64,000 bases of DNA from an uncultured Bacillota bacterium (GCA_902491575.1 CABUID010000001.1:84110-148109), one strand, 5' to 3'; shown: positions 8,594 to 19,221, counted from the first letter of the stretch. Notes: generated by a model from the letters alone, not told the origin. Numbers and translations are program-made.

Positions 8594-9226
8594 TTATTTA
8601 TATTTTTTGATTTCGCTTTCAGCTTTTAAACCATATTGGTAAAATGCATTACAATATCTTTCAATTTCTTTTGGATCTAAAATATCATCATTAGAATTTT
8701 TTTCAATTTCATTAATCTTTTTAATAGCCTCTTTTTCTGAAATAACAAATTCATTATTTAAATAGTTGACCTTTTCAAATTGACAAGTTTTGGTTAAAAT
8801 GACCATGTTTTTTAAATCCTTATTCTCTAAACTTTCCACCATATTCACAAGATAGGAAATCACTTTACGATTATAGATTAATGGATTGTCAATTAAAGTT
8901 AACTGTTTATGGTAAATTACTCGCCATTTTTGATCATCTGGAGAAATTTTAATTTCACCAGCTTGTTTAACTTCTTTAATAATGTAAATATATTTATTTC
9001 CAAAAATAATTGTATCAATATATTTGTATTTATTTTCTCCAATTGGTAAATACAAATCATTTAAAATTAAATAATCATTCATTTTGCAAGAACGATATAG
9101 ATTTTTTTGAATTCTTTTTTTCCCTGTAATGGCAACAATAAACAAATTTATTTGTCTAAAAAAACAAAGATAAATCAACAAACATAAAACAAGTAAAGAA
9201 CAAAAAACATAGAAAAATATTTTCAT
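8594..9226 (-). CDS. NERD (nuclease-related domain) protein with an N-terminal membrane anchor
   Basis: Hydrophobic N-terminus, then LYLPIGENKYKYIDTIIFGNKYIYIIKEVKQAGEI, matching the NERD core. Confidence 0.6.
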   Translation of the reverse strand: MKIFFYVFCSLLVLCLLIYLCFFRQINLFIVAITGKKRIQKNLYRSCKMNDYLILNDLYLPIGENKYKYIDTIIFGNKYIYIIKEVKQAGEIKISPDDQKWRVIYHKQLTLIDNPLIYNRKVISYLVNMVESLENKDLKNMVILTKTCQFEKVNYLNNEFVISEKEAIKKINEIEKNSNDDILDPKEIERYCNAFYQYGLKAESEIKKYK

Positions 9227-9229
9227 AGA

Positions 9230-9949
9230 TTAAATAAGTTGTAAAGCAATTTCCATCATTTGAGTAAATGAATTTTGTCTTTCTTCAGAAGTTGTTTCCG
9301 CATGACTTGTAAAAGAATCGGATACGGTTAAAATCGTTAATGCTTTTTTATGAAGATAAGCTGCGTTACAATAGAGTGCATAACTTTCCATTTCAACTCC
9401 TAATACGCCCATATTTGCCCATTTTTTCCAATTATCTTTATCTGTGCCATAAAAAACATCACTTGACATAATATTACCAACATGATAGCGAACATTCTTT
9501 TCTTTAGCAACATTGACAGCTTTTTCTAATAAATCAAAAGATCCTATTGCTGAAAAAGTACCATTTAGTTGATATTGATTTGCGAAATTAGAATCTGTAC
9601 AACTTCCTTGACCAATAATAATATCATACAATTGAATATCTTCTTGGTAAGAACCACAAGAGCCAATTCGAATAATGCTTTCTACACCATAAAACGCAAA
9701 AAGTTCATAAGAGTAGATTCCAATCGATGGCATTCCCATTCCAGAGCCCATAACGGTAACTTCCTTGCCTTTATAAGTTCCTGTGTAACCAAACATATTT
9801 CTAACTCCGTTTACTTGCCTTACATTTTCAAGATAATGATCTGCGATAAATTTTGCTCTTAAAGGGTCTCCAGGCATTAAAACAGTTTTGGCAAAATCTC
9901 CTTTTTTTCCTTCATTATGAGGTGTTCCTTTAAAAATTTCACTTTTCAT
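9230..9949 (-). CDS. deoD: Purine nucleoside phosphorylase DeoD-type (start trimmed to the Met preceded by GGAGGA)
   Basis: GDFAKTVLMPGDPLRAKFIAD...TGTYKGKEVTVMGSGMGMPS...GSCGS are hallmark DeoD-type PNP motifs. The upstream in-frame extension lacks an RBS. Confidence 0.9.
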   Translation of the reverse strand: MKSEIFKGTPHNEGKKGDFAKTVLMPGDPLRAKFIADHYLENVRQVNGVRNMFGYTGTYKGKEVTVMGSGMGMPSIGIYSYELFAFYGVESIIRIGSCGSYQEDIQLYDIIIGQGSCTDSNFANQYQLNGTFSAIGSFDLLEKAVNVAKEKNVRYHVGNIMSSDVFYGTDKDNWKKWANMGVLGVEMESYALYCNAAYLHKKALTILTVSDSFTSHAETTSEERQNSFTQMMEIALQLI

Positions 9950-10094
9950 GTAATAATCCTCCGTTTCATAATCATAAATATTATACAAGTTATACCCTTG
10001 ATAAATCAAATGGTATTATGAAAATCTTTTTTCAAAAAATAAGAAAATTCGACTTAATACGACTTATCTAGTGGTTATAATTTTAAAAAGGGAG

Positions 10095-10565
10095 CGTGAT
10101 AATATGTTGTCGGTTAAAGAATACGACATTTTGCAAAAAGAAGTTATAGCAGCATTAAGCAAAAAAAGATTTACAGGAAGGTATAAAGAAATTATTTCAG
10201 ATATTAAAGAACTTAGTAAAGCAAGTGATTTATGTAATAAACAAGAAATTACTTATAGTTCAGTACTTCACCAAGTTCGATTTTTAAAAGGAACTTACAA
10301 TGATGAACTGAAAGAAATTATTCAGTCTTATCAGGAAATAATTTTTCCTGATTTTACTTATAAAAATGATTTAAATGCCATGATTAATGGCCCATATGCA
10401 TTAAAAATATGGTTGACAAGATATTTATGCTTAAGAGTATTAAAGTGTGAATTAAGTGATGTTCTTCAATTCGATTTAAAAGATCTTTCCATTACCCAAC
10501 AATATCAAGAGATTGATGTAATGTTATTTCAAACTTTTATGAATGTAAAAGTAACAAGTAATTAA
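10095..10565 (+). CDS. Hypothetical cytoplasmic protein (156 aa from the ATG after RBS AAGGGAG)
   Basis: TG-extended -10 TGGTTATAAT at 10071-10080 overlaps the ORF-track start, so the start was moved to 10095 (MLSVKEYD...). Confidence 0.5.
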   Translation, partial: RDNMLSVKEYDILQKEVIAALSKKRFTGRYKEIISDIKELSKASDLCNKQEITYSSVLHQVRFLKGTYNDELKEIIQSYQEIIFPDFTYKNDLNAMINGPYALKIWLTRYLCLRVLKCELSDVLQFDLKDLSITQQYQEIDVMLFQTFMNVKVTSN

Positions 10566-10585
10566 GAAATTTAGAAAGTTTATAG

Positions 10586-10614
10586 AAAAAGAACCATTTG
10601 CTTGGTTCTTTCGT
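10586..10614. terminator. Bidirectional terminator hairpin (AAAGAACCA-tttgc-TTGGTTCTTT)
   Basis: 9-bp stem between convergent genes. Confidence 0.55.
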
Positions 10615-10631
10615 TATAAATAGGAACTTTT

Positions 10632-11576
10632 TTATTTTCTATTTTGTTGAACAAAATCTCCTTGAAAAAGATTTACTTCTTCCATATACAAATCAAGATG
10701 GTCGACTACGGCCATTTTCTTTTTGACATAGTCGGGTGCTATTCTTTTTTTTTCATCACTATCGGCTCCAATCCGGTGAACTAGGATATTTTCTTTTAAA
10801 TAAGCAAGTTGGAGCGCAACGATTTCAATAAATTCTTGCTCATTTAATATTTTAAATTGATTATTTAAATACATTGTCGCAAGGGCTGTGTTTTTCAAAA
10901 TATTTAAATTGTGAATTTTTATTCCTTGAATGGGAAGTAAATTAAGTTTTAAAATGGTTTGAATTTGATCTTCTTTGCTTTCATAAGGAAGTCCATCAAT
11001 GATATGCACAACAATATCTATGTGATAATGGTGTAATAATTTAACAGCTTTTTTGAAATCTGTAAAAGTATATTTTAAATTTAATAATTTCATGGTTGAA
11101 CGTTTAGTCGTTTGCAAACCCAGTTCAATCCAAAATTCTTTAAAATGCGATTTTAAAGAAAATAAATAACGTGCAATTTCCTCATGAATACAATCACAAC
11201 GTGTAGCAATAGAAAGACCAATCACATTATCTTGACCAATAAATGGCTCGAATACCTCTTTTAATCTTTCAATACTTCCATAGGTGTTCGAATAAGCCTG
11301 AAAATAAACGATGTAATAAGCATCAGGCCATTTTTTTTCCATTCTATTTTTTATTTTTTCAAATTGAGTTTGTATGGAATCCTTAGGGTTTCCTGCAAAA
11401 TCTCCACTTCCTTCTTCACTACAAAAAAGACAACCGCCATATCCTTTTGTGCCATCACGATTAGGGCAAGTAAAAGAAGCGTTCAAAGAAATTTTGAACA
11501 CTTTTTTTCCATATTTATTTTTAAAATAATAATCCAATGTATGATAATGCTTATGAGTCAAATAATATTCAAACAT
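10632..11576 (-). CDS. Radical SAM protein, TIGR01212 (YhcC-like) family
   Basis: N-terminal KISLNASFTCPNRDGTKGYGGCLFC motif typical of TIGR01212 radical SAM proteins. Confidence 0.78.
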   Translation of the reverse strand: MFEYYLTHKHYHTLDYYFKNKYGKKVFKISLNASFTCPNRDGTKGYGGCLFCSEEGSGDFAGNPKDSIQTQFEKIKNRMEKKWPDAYYIVYFQAYSNTYGSIERLKEVFEPFIGQDNVIGLSIATRCDCIHEEIARYLFSLKSHFKEFWIELGLQTTKRSTMKLLNLKYTFTDFKKAVKLLHHYHIDIVVHIIDGLPYESKEDQIQTILKLNLLPIQGIKIHNLNILKNTALATMYLNNQFKILNEQEFIEIVALQLAYLKENILVHRIGADSDEKKRIAPDYVKKKMAVVDHLDLYMEEVNLFQGDFVQQNRK

Positions 11577-11580
11577 ATAA

Positions 11581-13269
11581 TTAATGAATGAGGTCTAAGA
11601 TAAAGTTTTTGACTTTATCATGACGTATTTGTGCATTTTCTTTGCTATTTCCTGCAAGTGCGAAATAAAATTTAACTTTAGGTTCAGTACCGGAAGGTCG
11701 TATCGCTACAAAAGAACCATCTTCAAAAACATAACGTAAAACATCCGATTGTTCATAGTCTAATGGCATTTTAACACCATTTTTTTCCTTAATTAATGTC
11801 CAATAATCTTCTTTAATCAATACTTTTTCACCAGCAATTTCACTTAAATTCATTTTACGTAAAGACTTCATTAAATGAGCGATTTTTTCAACTCCCCGCA
11901 TTCCCTCTGCGATATAGGAATATTGAGATTCAATATGATAACCTAATTTTTGTTGAATTTCCTCAAATACATTGAGTAGAGTTTTTCCTTGATGTTGGTA
12001 ATAAGAAGCCATTTCACAAATTAACATTGCAGATTGCACGCCATCTTTATCACGGACTTGAGGGTTAATCAGATAGCCATAGGATTCTTCATAACCAATT
12101 TGAAAAACTTTTCCATTGTTTTCAATTGAGCGAGCGATTTTATCTCCGATATATTTAAAACCTGTTAAGGTCTGTTCGGTTTCAACACCATATAAAGCAG
12201 CAACTTTTGCACCAAGTGGGGAAGATACAATCGTATTATACATAATTCCATTATCTGGTAAGATATGTTTTGCTTTTCTTGTGGATAGAAGATATTCAAT
12301 CAAAATGGCGCCTGTTTGATTACCAGTCATATAGATAGGATTTCTATCTTTATCAAATAATACTATACCAATTCGATCACAATCAGGGTCTGTACAACAA
12401 ATTAAATCTGCATGATATTGATCTGCATACTTTAAAGCTAAATCATAAGCAACTTTTTCTTCGGGATTAGGGGATAAAGTGTTCGCAAAATCCCCTCTTG
12501 GTTCACATTGTTCTTTTACTTCAATCAGATGATAACCCATTCTTTTCATTACAGTTGTCACGGGAATATAACCTGTTCCATGTTGTGGGGTGTAAACGAT
12601 AGTAATATTATCTTTTTTCATTTCAGCATTTAAAGATGTAGACATAACCATCTGATAATAAGCTTCATCTATTTTTTGATTCAGTAGAGTGATTAATTCT
12701 TCATTTGGTTGAATAATAATATTTAGTTCGTTATCAATTTTATCAATTTCATCCATTACTTGGTTCGATTGTTCTAAAATTAATTGATTTCCTTCCGAAT
12801 TATAAATTTTATAACCATTATATTGTTTTGGGTTATGAGATGCCGTAATATTAATTCCTCCTGCAGCTTTTAAATAACGAATGGCAAAGGATAATTCTGG
12901 CGTAGGTCTTAAAGCATCAAATAAATAAACTTTTATTCCTAAAGTAGTTAAAATATTTGCAGCTGCCATCGTAAACTCATCATGATTAAAACGATTATCA
13001 TGAGCGATGACAACGCCTCTTTCTTTAGCATTTTGTTCATGTTTTAATAAATAATTTCCAAATCCTAAAGTTGCTTTATAAATGGTAATAATATTCATTC
13101 GGTTTGTACCAGGTCCCATAATACCACGCATACCACCCGTTCCAAAGGTAAGGTTCGTATAAAATGCTTCTTGTATTTGTTCCTCACTCATCTTCTTTAA
13201 TTCTTCTTTTAAAGATTCACTGACTAGTGAAGAATTTTTCCATTCATTCACTTTTTGTAAATAATTCAT
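11581..13269 (-). CDS. pgcA: Phosphoglucomutase/phosphomannomutase (alpha-D-phosphohexomutase family)
   Basis: Active-site TASHNPKQYNGYK, metal-binding DPDCDR, sugar-binding GYEESYG. Start set at MNYLQ, preceded by GGAGG. Confidence 0.85.
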   Translation of the reverse strand: MNYLQKVNEWKNSSLVSESLKEELKKMSEEQIQEAFYTNLTFGTGGMRGIMGPGTNRMNIITIYKATLGFGNYLLKHEQNAKERGVVIAHDNRFNHDEFTMAAANILTTLGIKVYLFDALRPTPELSFAIRYLKAAGGINITASHNPKQYNGYKIYNSEGNQLILEQSNQVMDEIDKIDNELNIIIQPNEELITLLNQKIDEAYYQMVMSTSLNAEMKKDNITIVYTPQHGTGYIPVTTVMKRMGYHLIEVKEQCEPRGDFANTLSPNPEEKVAYDLALKYADQYHADLICCTDPDCDRIGIVLFDKDRNPIYMTGNQTGAILIEYLLSTRKAKHILPDNGIMYNTIVSSPLGAKVAALYGVETEQTLTGFKYIGDKIARSIENNGKVFQIGYEESYGYLINPQVRDKDGVQSAMLICEMASYYQHQGKTLLNVFEEIQQKLGYHIESQYSYIAEGMRGVEKIAHLMKSLRKMNLSEIAGEKVLIKEDYWTLIKEKNGVKMPLDYEQSDVLRYVFEDGSFVAIRPSGTEPKVKFYFALAGNSKENAQIRHDKVKNFILDLIH

Positions 13270-14245
13270 TGTTTTTTCCTCCATTTAATTGATTTAAAAG
13301 TTTTATCTCCCAGTCAAACAAGGGTGCTGTAAATTCTTGATGGTTTAAGTATTGAAGCGTACCTTCTAAGTTATGAAAACAAATTCTTTTCGCATGTAAG
13401 AAAACATGATTTAGACCATATTTTTTCCCTAAAATATCTGAATTTTTGTTCCCATATTTTTGATCACCTACGAGAGGATGATGAATGGATTTAAGATGAA
13501 CCCGTATTTGATGTGTTCTTCCAGTTAAAATTTTTACTTTTAGTAAAGTAACATCATCATATATTTTTAATGGTTCATATAAGGTAATTGCTTTTAAACC
13601 ATTTACTTCATCAATGTTCACAATTTTTGTCTTTTCATTTTTGATTAATTTGGCTTCAATTCTTCCAGGAGTGAAGAGTTTACCACAAACTAAAGTTTCG
13701 TATTCTTTTTCCATGCCTTCATGATTTTTAAAAGCTTTAAATAATTCTTGTAATGCTAAGAAGGTTTTTCCAAATATGACTAAACCACTTGTATTTCGAT
13801 CGATTCGATGAGCCAATGCAGGAATAAAAGTATTTTCTTTTTCAAAATCATAAGATTTATTTTCGATTAAATAATTTAAAACTTGTTTTGTCAAATTTTC
13901 TTCATTTTTGGAATCCATATCACCTTCGTGAACAAGAAGATTAGAAGGTTTATTCACAATTAAAATGTTTTCATCTTCATAAATGACTTGAAAAGATTTG
14001 TTTTTAGAAAGAGGAATACTTTTTTTATTTAAAAATTCATTTTCTTGTTCTTTCGTAATATAAATGGAAATTACATCTCCCATTTGCGTGATATAATCGT
14101 AAGATTTTGGCTTTTTGTTTACTTTTATATCTTTCTTTCTAAATAGTTTATAAATTAAAGAATCAGGAGCATTTACTAAATATTTTTTAATAAACTTATC
14201 GAGTCGCTTATTTTGATCGTTTTCAGAAATGGTCACTTCAATCAT
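13244..14245 (-). CDS. rluD: RluA-family 23S rRNA pseudouridine synthase (RluD-like, N-terminal S4 domain)
   Basis: Catalytic HRIDRNTSGL motif and GRTHQIRVH motif. Confidence 0.85.
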   Translation of the reverse strand: MIEVTISENDQNKRLDKFIKKYLVNAPDSLIYKLFRKKDIKVNKKPKSYDYITQMGDVISIYITKEQENEFLNKKSIPLSKNKSFQVIYEDENILIVNKPSNLLVHEGDMDSKNEENLTKQVLNYLIENKSYDFEKENTFIPALAHRIDRNTSGLVIFGKTFLALQELFKAFKNHEGMEKEYETLVCGKLFTPGRIEAKLIKNEKTKIVNIDEVNGLKAITLYEPLKIYDDVTLLKVKILTGRTHQIRVHLKSIHHPLVGDQKYGNKNSDILGKKYGLNHVFLHAKRICFHNLEGTLQYLNHQEFTAPLFDWEIKLLNQLNGGKNNELFTKSE

Positions 14246-14302
14246 AGATATTCTCCTTTCTTTAATGTAATTTTATTTTAGCATAAAACGGTAAGCAAAG
14301 TA

Positions 14303-15499
14303 TTATTTTTTACGAATCAGTGTATAGAGAGGTAAATGAGGTTTTACTTTGATTTTTAAAAGTTGTTTTGGATGTCTAGCCACTTGTACTTCCTGATTGT
14401 TTTCATCGAACATTTGTGATATTTTCATTTTTAAAGTTTGACCATTTGGTAAAAAACATTCAACGTTCAAACCACTTTCAAAAAAATTTCTTACTTCGAT
14501 AATTGTCCAACCGAATTCATCTTTTTCTTTTAAAACAATGCCTAAAAATTTTTGTGTAGGATTTTCTTTCCCGATTGTTAAAAGTAAAGCTTGATTTTTT
14601 ATGTTTTTGTTTAAAAAACCTGAATAAGTAATCCTATTTTCAGCTTTTTGAATTTGTTTTTTATAATATAAAAGACGTTTTGAAGAAAGATTACCTAATC
14701 TATAATATTCGTCTATGAGTCTTCGATATGCGTTGACAACTGTTGCAATATAATGAATCGATTTCATTCTTCCTTCTATTTTGAAGCTATCTACATTTGC
14801 TTTTAATAAAGTTGGAATATAGTCTATACTCATTAAATCACAAGAAGCAAGAATAAATGTTTCAGGACTTACTAGTTTATTGTTATCATATAGATGGTAG
14901 GACCATCTACAAGAATGGGCACAACCACCTTTATTAGCGTCTCGGTTGACCATTGAATTGGATAAACCACATCGTCCACTATAAGACGAACACATTCCAC
15001 CATGAATAAATACTTCGGTAGGAAGCAAAGAAGTTTTTTGAATTTGACTTATTTCATCAACGTTTAATTCCCTTGCCAAAACAACTCTTTGTACATTTAA
15101 ATGGGTTTTAAAAAATTCAATAGCTTTCGAATTGGCAATGGATTGTTGGGTGCTGACATGAACTTCAAATTTACAGTTTAATTCTTTTGCACGTTTCATA
15201 ATGTAAACACTTGAAACAATAATAGCATGAACACCAATCTCATTTAAGGATAAAAGATATTCATCTAAGGTGCTTAAATCGTCATCCTCTGGAACGATAT
15301 TGACAGTGACATGAATTTTTGCTTGATGATGATTAGCAAAAATCACGGCTTCTTTTAAATCATCTAAAGAAAAATTACTTGCTTTAGCTCTTAATGAAAA
15401 CTGTTTTCCACCACAAAAAACAGCACTAGCGCCGTAAAGTATAGCTATTTTTAATTTTTCAAGATCTCCAGCAGGAGCAAGAAGTTCTACCTTTTTCAT
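14303..15499 (-). CDS. Peptidase U32 family protein (collagenase-like, YhbU/YrrO type)
   Basis: U32 signature region (EIGVHAIIVSS...ARELN...E.FIHGGMC) in a 398-aa protein. Confidence 0.8.
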   Translation of the reverse strand: MKKVELLAPAGDLEKLKIAILYGASAVFCGGKQFSLRAKASNFSLDDLKEAVIFANHHQAKIHVTVNIVPEDDDLSTLDEYLLSLNEIGVHAIIVSSVYIMKRAKELNCKFEVHVSTQQSIANSKAIEFFKTHLNVQRVVLARELNVDEISQIQKTSLLPTEVFIHGGMCSSYSGRCGLSNSMVNRDANKGGCAHSCRWSYHLYDNNKLVSPETFILASCDLMSIDYIPTLLKANVDSFKIEGRMKSIHYIATVVNAYRRLIDEYYRLGNLSSKRLLYYKKQIQKAENRITYSGFLNKNIKNQALLLTIGKENPTQKFLGIVLKEKDEFGWTIIEVRNFFESGLNVECFLPNGQTLKMKISQMFDENNQEVQVARHPKQLLKIKVKPHLPLYTLIRKK

Positions 15500-15500
15500 T

Positions 15501-16367
15501 TTATATCAAACCTATTCTTTTATGTAAAAATCCATCAGTAAATTCAATGGTTTCATCGAGTTTTTTTAATGCTTCCATATCAATATCTTCGGTGAGTGCT
15601 TTTTGAAACAAATGAAGAACTTTTTCTAAATAAGAAACTTCAAAAAATAATCCATCCAAAAGGAACATACTTATATGTTGTGATAATTCTTTCATAGAAG
15701 ATAGATAAGATAATACTTTACTATCAAAAATACTCGCAATATTTTTTTGTTGTAAAACTTTATATTTTTCTTCGCGGGTTTCCTCTTTAAGATATAAATT
15801 TTTTGAATGAACAAAATTTTTGTCTAATTGATGCCTCTTTAAATAATGGCTCACAATTTTTCTTTCACTTTCATATAAGGGAATATAACCAAAACATAAA
15901 ATACCATAATGATTTTTTTGGTTTTCAGGAAGATGTTGAATATCTTCGATATGCATATCTTTTGAACAAAAAAGATAAGGAATACCTAATTCTTGGTAAG
16001 TAAGAATATCGTAGGAATTTCTTAAAAATGTTTCATGATAAAAAATACATTTTGAATCTACATTTAATTCTTTGGCAATCATAAAGACGGAAAAATCTGT
16101 GAAGAAAAAACCATCTACTTGAATTTCAATAAGTTTTTCCATAAATTCTTTCAGTGATGGAAGTTGTTCATCTTTAAATATTTTATTGATTAAAATATAG
16201 ATTTTCTTTTGTTTTTCTAGACAATGTTTTTTAACTACTTTAATTTTTGTAAAACTAAAAGATTCATCAAATCGATAAGAAAAATCTTGATGAGGTAGTA
16301 AGAAAGCATCAGCATTATTTAAAACATAGATATCTTTTAAATGATTGATTTTAACTATAAATTCCAT
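15501..16367 (-). CDS. Peptidase U32 family protein (YrrN-type partner gene)
   Basis: Adjacent to and co-oriented with the U32 gene, as in Bacillus yrrN-yrrO. Length 288 aa. Confidence 0.55.
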   Translation of the reverse strand: MEFIVKINHLKDIYVLNNADAFLLPHQDFSYRFDESFSFTKIKVVKKHCLEKQKKIYILINKIFKDEQLPSLKEFMEKLIEIQVDGFFFTDFSVFMIAKELNVDSKCIFYHETFLRNSYDILTYQELGIPYLFCSKDMHIEDIQHLPENQKNHYGILCFGYIPLYESERKIVSHYLKRHQLDKNFVHSKNLYLKEETREEKYKVLQQKNIASIFDSKVLSYLSSMKELSQHISMFLLDGLFFEVSYLEKVLHLFQKALTEDIDMEALKKLDETIEFTDGFLHKRIGLI

Positions 16368-16398
16368 ATTTCACCTATTAAAAAATGTAGACGATTGT

Positions 16399-17274
16399 CT
16401 ACTTTTTATAATTTTTTATAATTCCAAAGCCAATAGTACCAGGACCAGTATGAGCTGTAACATTTAAAGATAGATTTGCTATAATATAATCCATACCATT
16501 GGTATATTCTTGGATTAATAACTCTGCTTTATTCACTTTATCTTTTGTTTGTTTATCAGCACATAAAACAATAATTTTATAATTTTCTTTCAGTTCTGGA
16601 ATATTTTCATTCCACTCACGATAGGCATTTAAAAATGCTTTTTGCATGGTTCTTGTTACTCCTTTTTTGCCTACTTCACCATTTTTAAATGTAAGAATTG
16701 GAAGTACACCTATAAAATTAGCAATAGAGGCAACTGCAGGACTAATTCTTCCACCTCTTTTTAAGTATTCTAAAGATTCAGGAACAAAAACACAATCTTC
16801 ACTGCCGATTAATTCATCTTGTACTTTTTGAATGATTTCATCAGTATCATAGCCTTTTTGTACCAACATTTTGGCATATAATACTTGATTCGCCATCCAT
16901 TGACATATAGAAAGACTATCAACGACTTTGACCTTATTTCCATATTTTTCTTTACAAATAGTGGTAAATAAAGAATACATTGAACTTAATTTAGAGGAAA
17001 TAGTGAAATGGATAATCACATCAGCATTTGTTTCTGCAAAAACACTATCAAAATAATTTTCAATTTCAATAATAGTAGGAGTAGATGTAGATATTTTAGC
17101 TCCATTACGCATTAATTCACAAAGCTTAGTTGCGTCTATATCCACTGTATCATGATATTCTACACCATCTGCAATAGTATTTAAAGGAATGACATATAGT
17201 CCATTTTTTTTGATTTCCTCTTTGGTCATCGCAATAGTTGTATCACAAGAAATAATGATTTTTTGATGATTCAT
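16399..17274 (-). CDS. DegV family fatty-acid-binding protein
   Basis: N-terminal IIISCDTTIAMTKEE and overall DegV fold signature. Length 291 aa. Confidence 0.8.
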   Translation of the reverse strand: MNHQKIIISCDTTIAMTKEEIKKNGLYVIPLNTIADGVEYHDTVDIDATKLCELMRNGAKISTSTPTIIEIENYFDSVFAETNADVIIHFTISSKLSSMYSLFTTICKEKYGNKVKVVDSLSICQWMANQVLYAKMLVQKGYDTDEIIQKVQDELIGSEDCVFVPESLEYLKRGGRISPAVASIANFIGVLPILTFKNGEVGKKGVTRTMQKAFLNAYREWNENIPELKENYKIIVLCADKQTKDKVNKAELLIQEYTNGMDYIIANLSLNVTAHTGPGTIGFGIIKNYKK

Positions 17275-17364
17275 AATGATTCATGCATTTTAAAAATGCA
17301 ATCCTCCTTTCTTATCTTACTTAAACTTTATAAACCTTTATACAATAATTATACTATTTCTATC

Positions 17365-17392
17365 TTACAAATTGCAATGAAAATGATATAAT
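17365..17392 (+). promoter_or_regulatory. Promoter of glcK: -35 TTACAA, 16-bp spacer, TG-extended -10 TGATATAAT
   Basis: Consensus-like elements ~25 bp upstream of the RBS GGAGG. Confidence 0.5.
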
Positions 17393-17414
17393 ATAACCAT
17401 TGGAGGAATCGACT

Positions 17415-18320
17415 ATGGACATTCGTGAATTTATATTAGGAATTGACATTGGTGGAACAAGTATCAAAATTGGTGTGGTGAACGGATGTCATGTTTTAGA
17501 AAATACTTCTATTCGAAATACATTTAAAGGAAAAAGTGAAACTTTAATACCTGGAATTAAAGAAATTTGTGACCAATATATCCAAAAGTATCAACTCCAT
17601 AAAATTGGAATTGGTTGTCCAGGCGATATTGTGGATGGAGTGGTTATCTTTGCATCCAATCTAGGATGGCGTAATTATTCAATTTTAAAGGATTTTCAAA
17701 ATGCATTTCCACAGTGCCAAGTAAATGTCGATAATGATGGTAATGCTGCTTGTCAAGCTGAGATTAAATTTGGTCAATTAAATCAGGTAAAAGATGGTTT
17801 ATTTGTTACCATTGGTCGCGGTGTTGGTGGAGCAATTATTATTGATGAACAAATCATCCATGGTGTTCATAATCATGGTGGACGTTTTGGGCATATGATT
17901 ATTCATACCAATGGTCGAAAATGTAATTGTGGCAGAAAAGGATGCTTTGAAACCTATGCTTCTGTATTAGGACTAATCCAAACAGTAAAAGAATTTAATG
18001 AAAAATTAAAAAGTGAAAAAGGTAAAATTCCAACCGATAAATTATCAGGTTATCAAATCGTTCAACATAAAAAAAATGGCAATAAGATGGTTGAAAATGC
18101 TTTGAAAAAATGGCACAATGATATTGCCGAAGGATTATTGAATTTATGCAATATTTTTGACCCATCAATAATCGTAATTGCTGGTGGAATCACTGAAAGT
18201 GGACTATTAAATTTGAAATACATACAAAGTTTTTTGAAGAAATTTGGCTATAGCGATTGTGTTGTTACTTTGGCTACATTTAAAGGCAAAACCGGCTTGG
18301 TAGGAGCTGCTGCTTTATAA
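17415..18320 (+). CDS. glcK: ROK family glucokinase
   Basis: N-terminal GIDIGGTSIKIG ATP-binding motif and ROK zinc motif HGGRFGHMIIHTNGRKCNCGRKGCFE. Confidence 0.85.
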   Translation: MDIREFILGIDIGGTSIKIGVVNGCHVLENTSIRNTFKGKSETLIPGIKEICDQYIQKYQLHKIGIGCPGDIVDGVVIFASNLGWRNYSILKDFQNAFPQCQVNVDNDGNAACQAEIKFGQLNQVKDGLFVTIGRGVGGAIIIDEQIIHGVHNHGGRFGHMIIHTNGRKCNCGRKGCFETYASVLGLIQTVKEFNEKLKSEKGKIPTDKLSGYQIVQHKKNGNKMVENALKKWHNDIAEGLLNLCNIFDPSIIVIAGGITESGLLNLKYIQSFLKKFGYSDCVVTLATFKGKTGLVGAAAL

Positions 18321-18337
18321 ATTTGAATAAAAAAGAA

Positions 18338-18368
18338 AAAGCCTTAAAAATTTTAAGACTTTTTTTAT
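18338..18368. terminator. A/T-rich bidirectional terminator hairpin between convergent genes
   Basis: Imperfect inverted repeat CTTAAAA/TTTTAAG with a T-run. Weak. Confidence 0.35.
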
Positions 18369-18382
18369 AAAATCAATTATTT

Positions 18383-19216
18383 TTAAATATATTCTTTAAT
18401 GAAATGAATAGCATTATCTACCCATTGGGTATTATAGTTCATTAATTGTAATTGCTCTTTACTGATAATTTGTGAATTATAGACACTTTCGTCTGCTAAA
18501 GATTGACCATGATCAAGCATAGGATAAATATGCATTTCAAAAAAGATATTATTTTGTCTTAAAGATTCAGCTAATGCTAATGAGTTTTTTAAAGAAACAC
18601 AAGTGTCAAAAGTTGTATGCCATATAAAAGTTTTTGGAAATGCAGGAGTGACATGATTTTCAACAGAAAGTTTTTCAATTAATTCAGGTTTACCTGCAGT
18701 AGCATTTTTAATCGTGTTTTGATGACCAAAAGAAGTAGAAATAACAGGATAGCCTAAAATACAACCATTAATTTTCATCTCTTGAAGATCAATATTTAAT
18801 AATTTTGCAAATTCTTCTTCTTGGTGAAAAGCACTACAAGTAGCCGCTAAATGACCACCGGCTGAAAATCCGATGACAGATATTGCATTCACATCTACAT
18901 GATACAATTCTGCATTTTTACGAATATAAGCTAAAGCAGCATATACTTCAACATAAGGATTTGGATATTTTATTTTCGGTTTGATAGAATATTTTAAAAC
19001 AAAACTAGCAATATCATATCCAGCAAAACGTAAAGCAACAGGCTCGGATTCTCTTTCGCTAAGAAATTCATAGCCACCTCCGGGAAGAATGACAACACAT
19101 TTACGATGTCGGTTGTTTGAAAATTCTAAATAGTTTTCTGGACAATAAGAGATTAAATAGACATCATTTTCTAATGTAGGATAATATTCTTTTAAATTAA
19201 TTTTATTAGTAATCAT
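18383..19216 (-). CDS. Alpha/beta hydrolase (esterase/lipase, HSL-like)
   Basis: Oxyanion-hole-type LPGGGYEF motif and nucleophile elbow GFSAGGHLA. Confidence 0.7.
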   Translation of the reverse strand: MITNKINLKEYYPTLENDVYLISYCPENYLEFSNNRHRKCVVILPGGGYEFLSERESEPVALRFAGYDIASFVLKYSIKPKIKYPNPYVEVYAALAYIRKNAELYHVDVNAISVIGFSAGGHLAATCSAFHQEEEFAKLLNIDLQEMKINGCILGYPVISTSFGHQNTIKNATAGKPELIEKLSVENHVTPAFPKTFIWHTTFDTCVSLKNSLALAESLRQNNIFFEMHIYPMLDHGQSLADESVYNSQIISKEQLQLMNYNTQWVDNAIHFIKEYI

Positions 19217-19221
19217 AATTT

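Noticed and set aside
9569-9862. 97-aa ORF antisense to deoD
   Set aside because: Entirely inside the conserved deoD coding sequence on the opposite strand.
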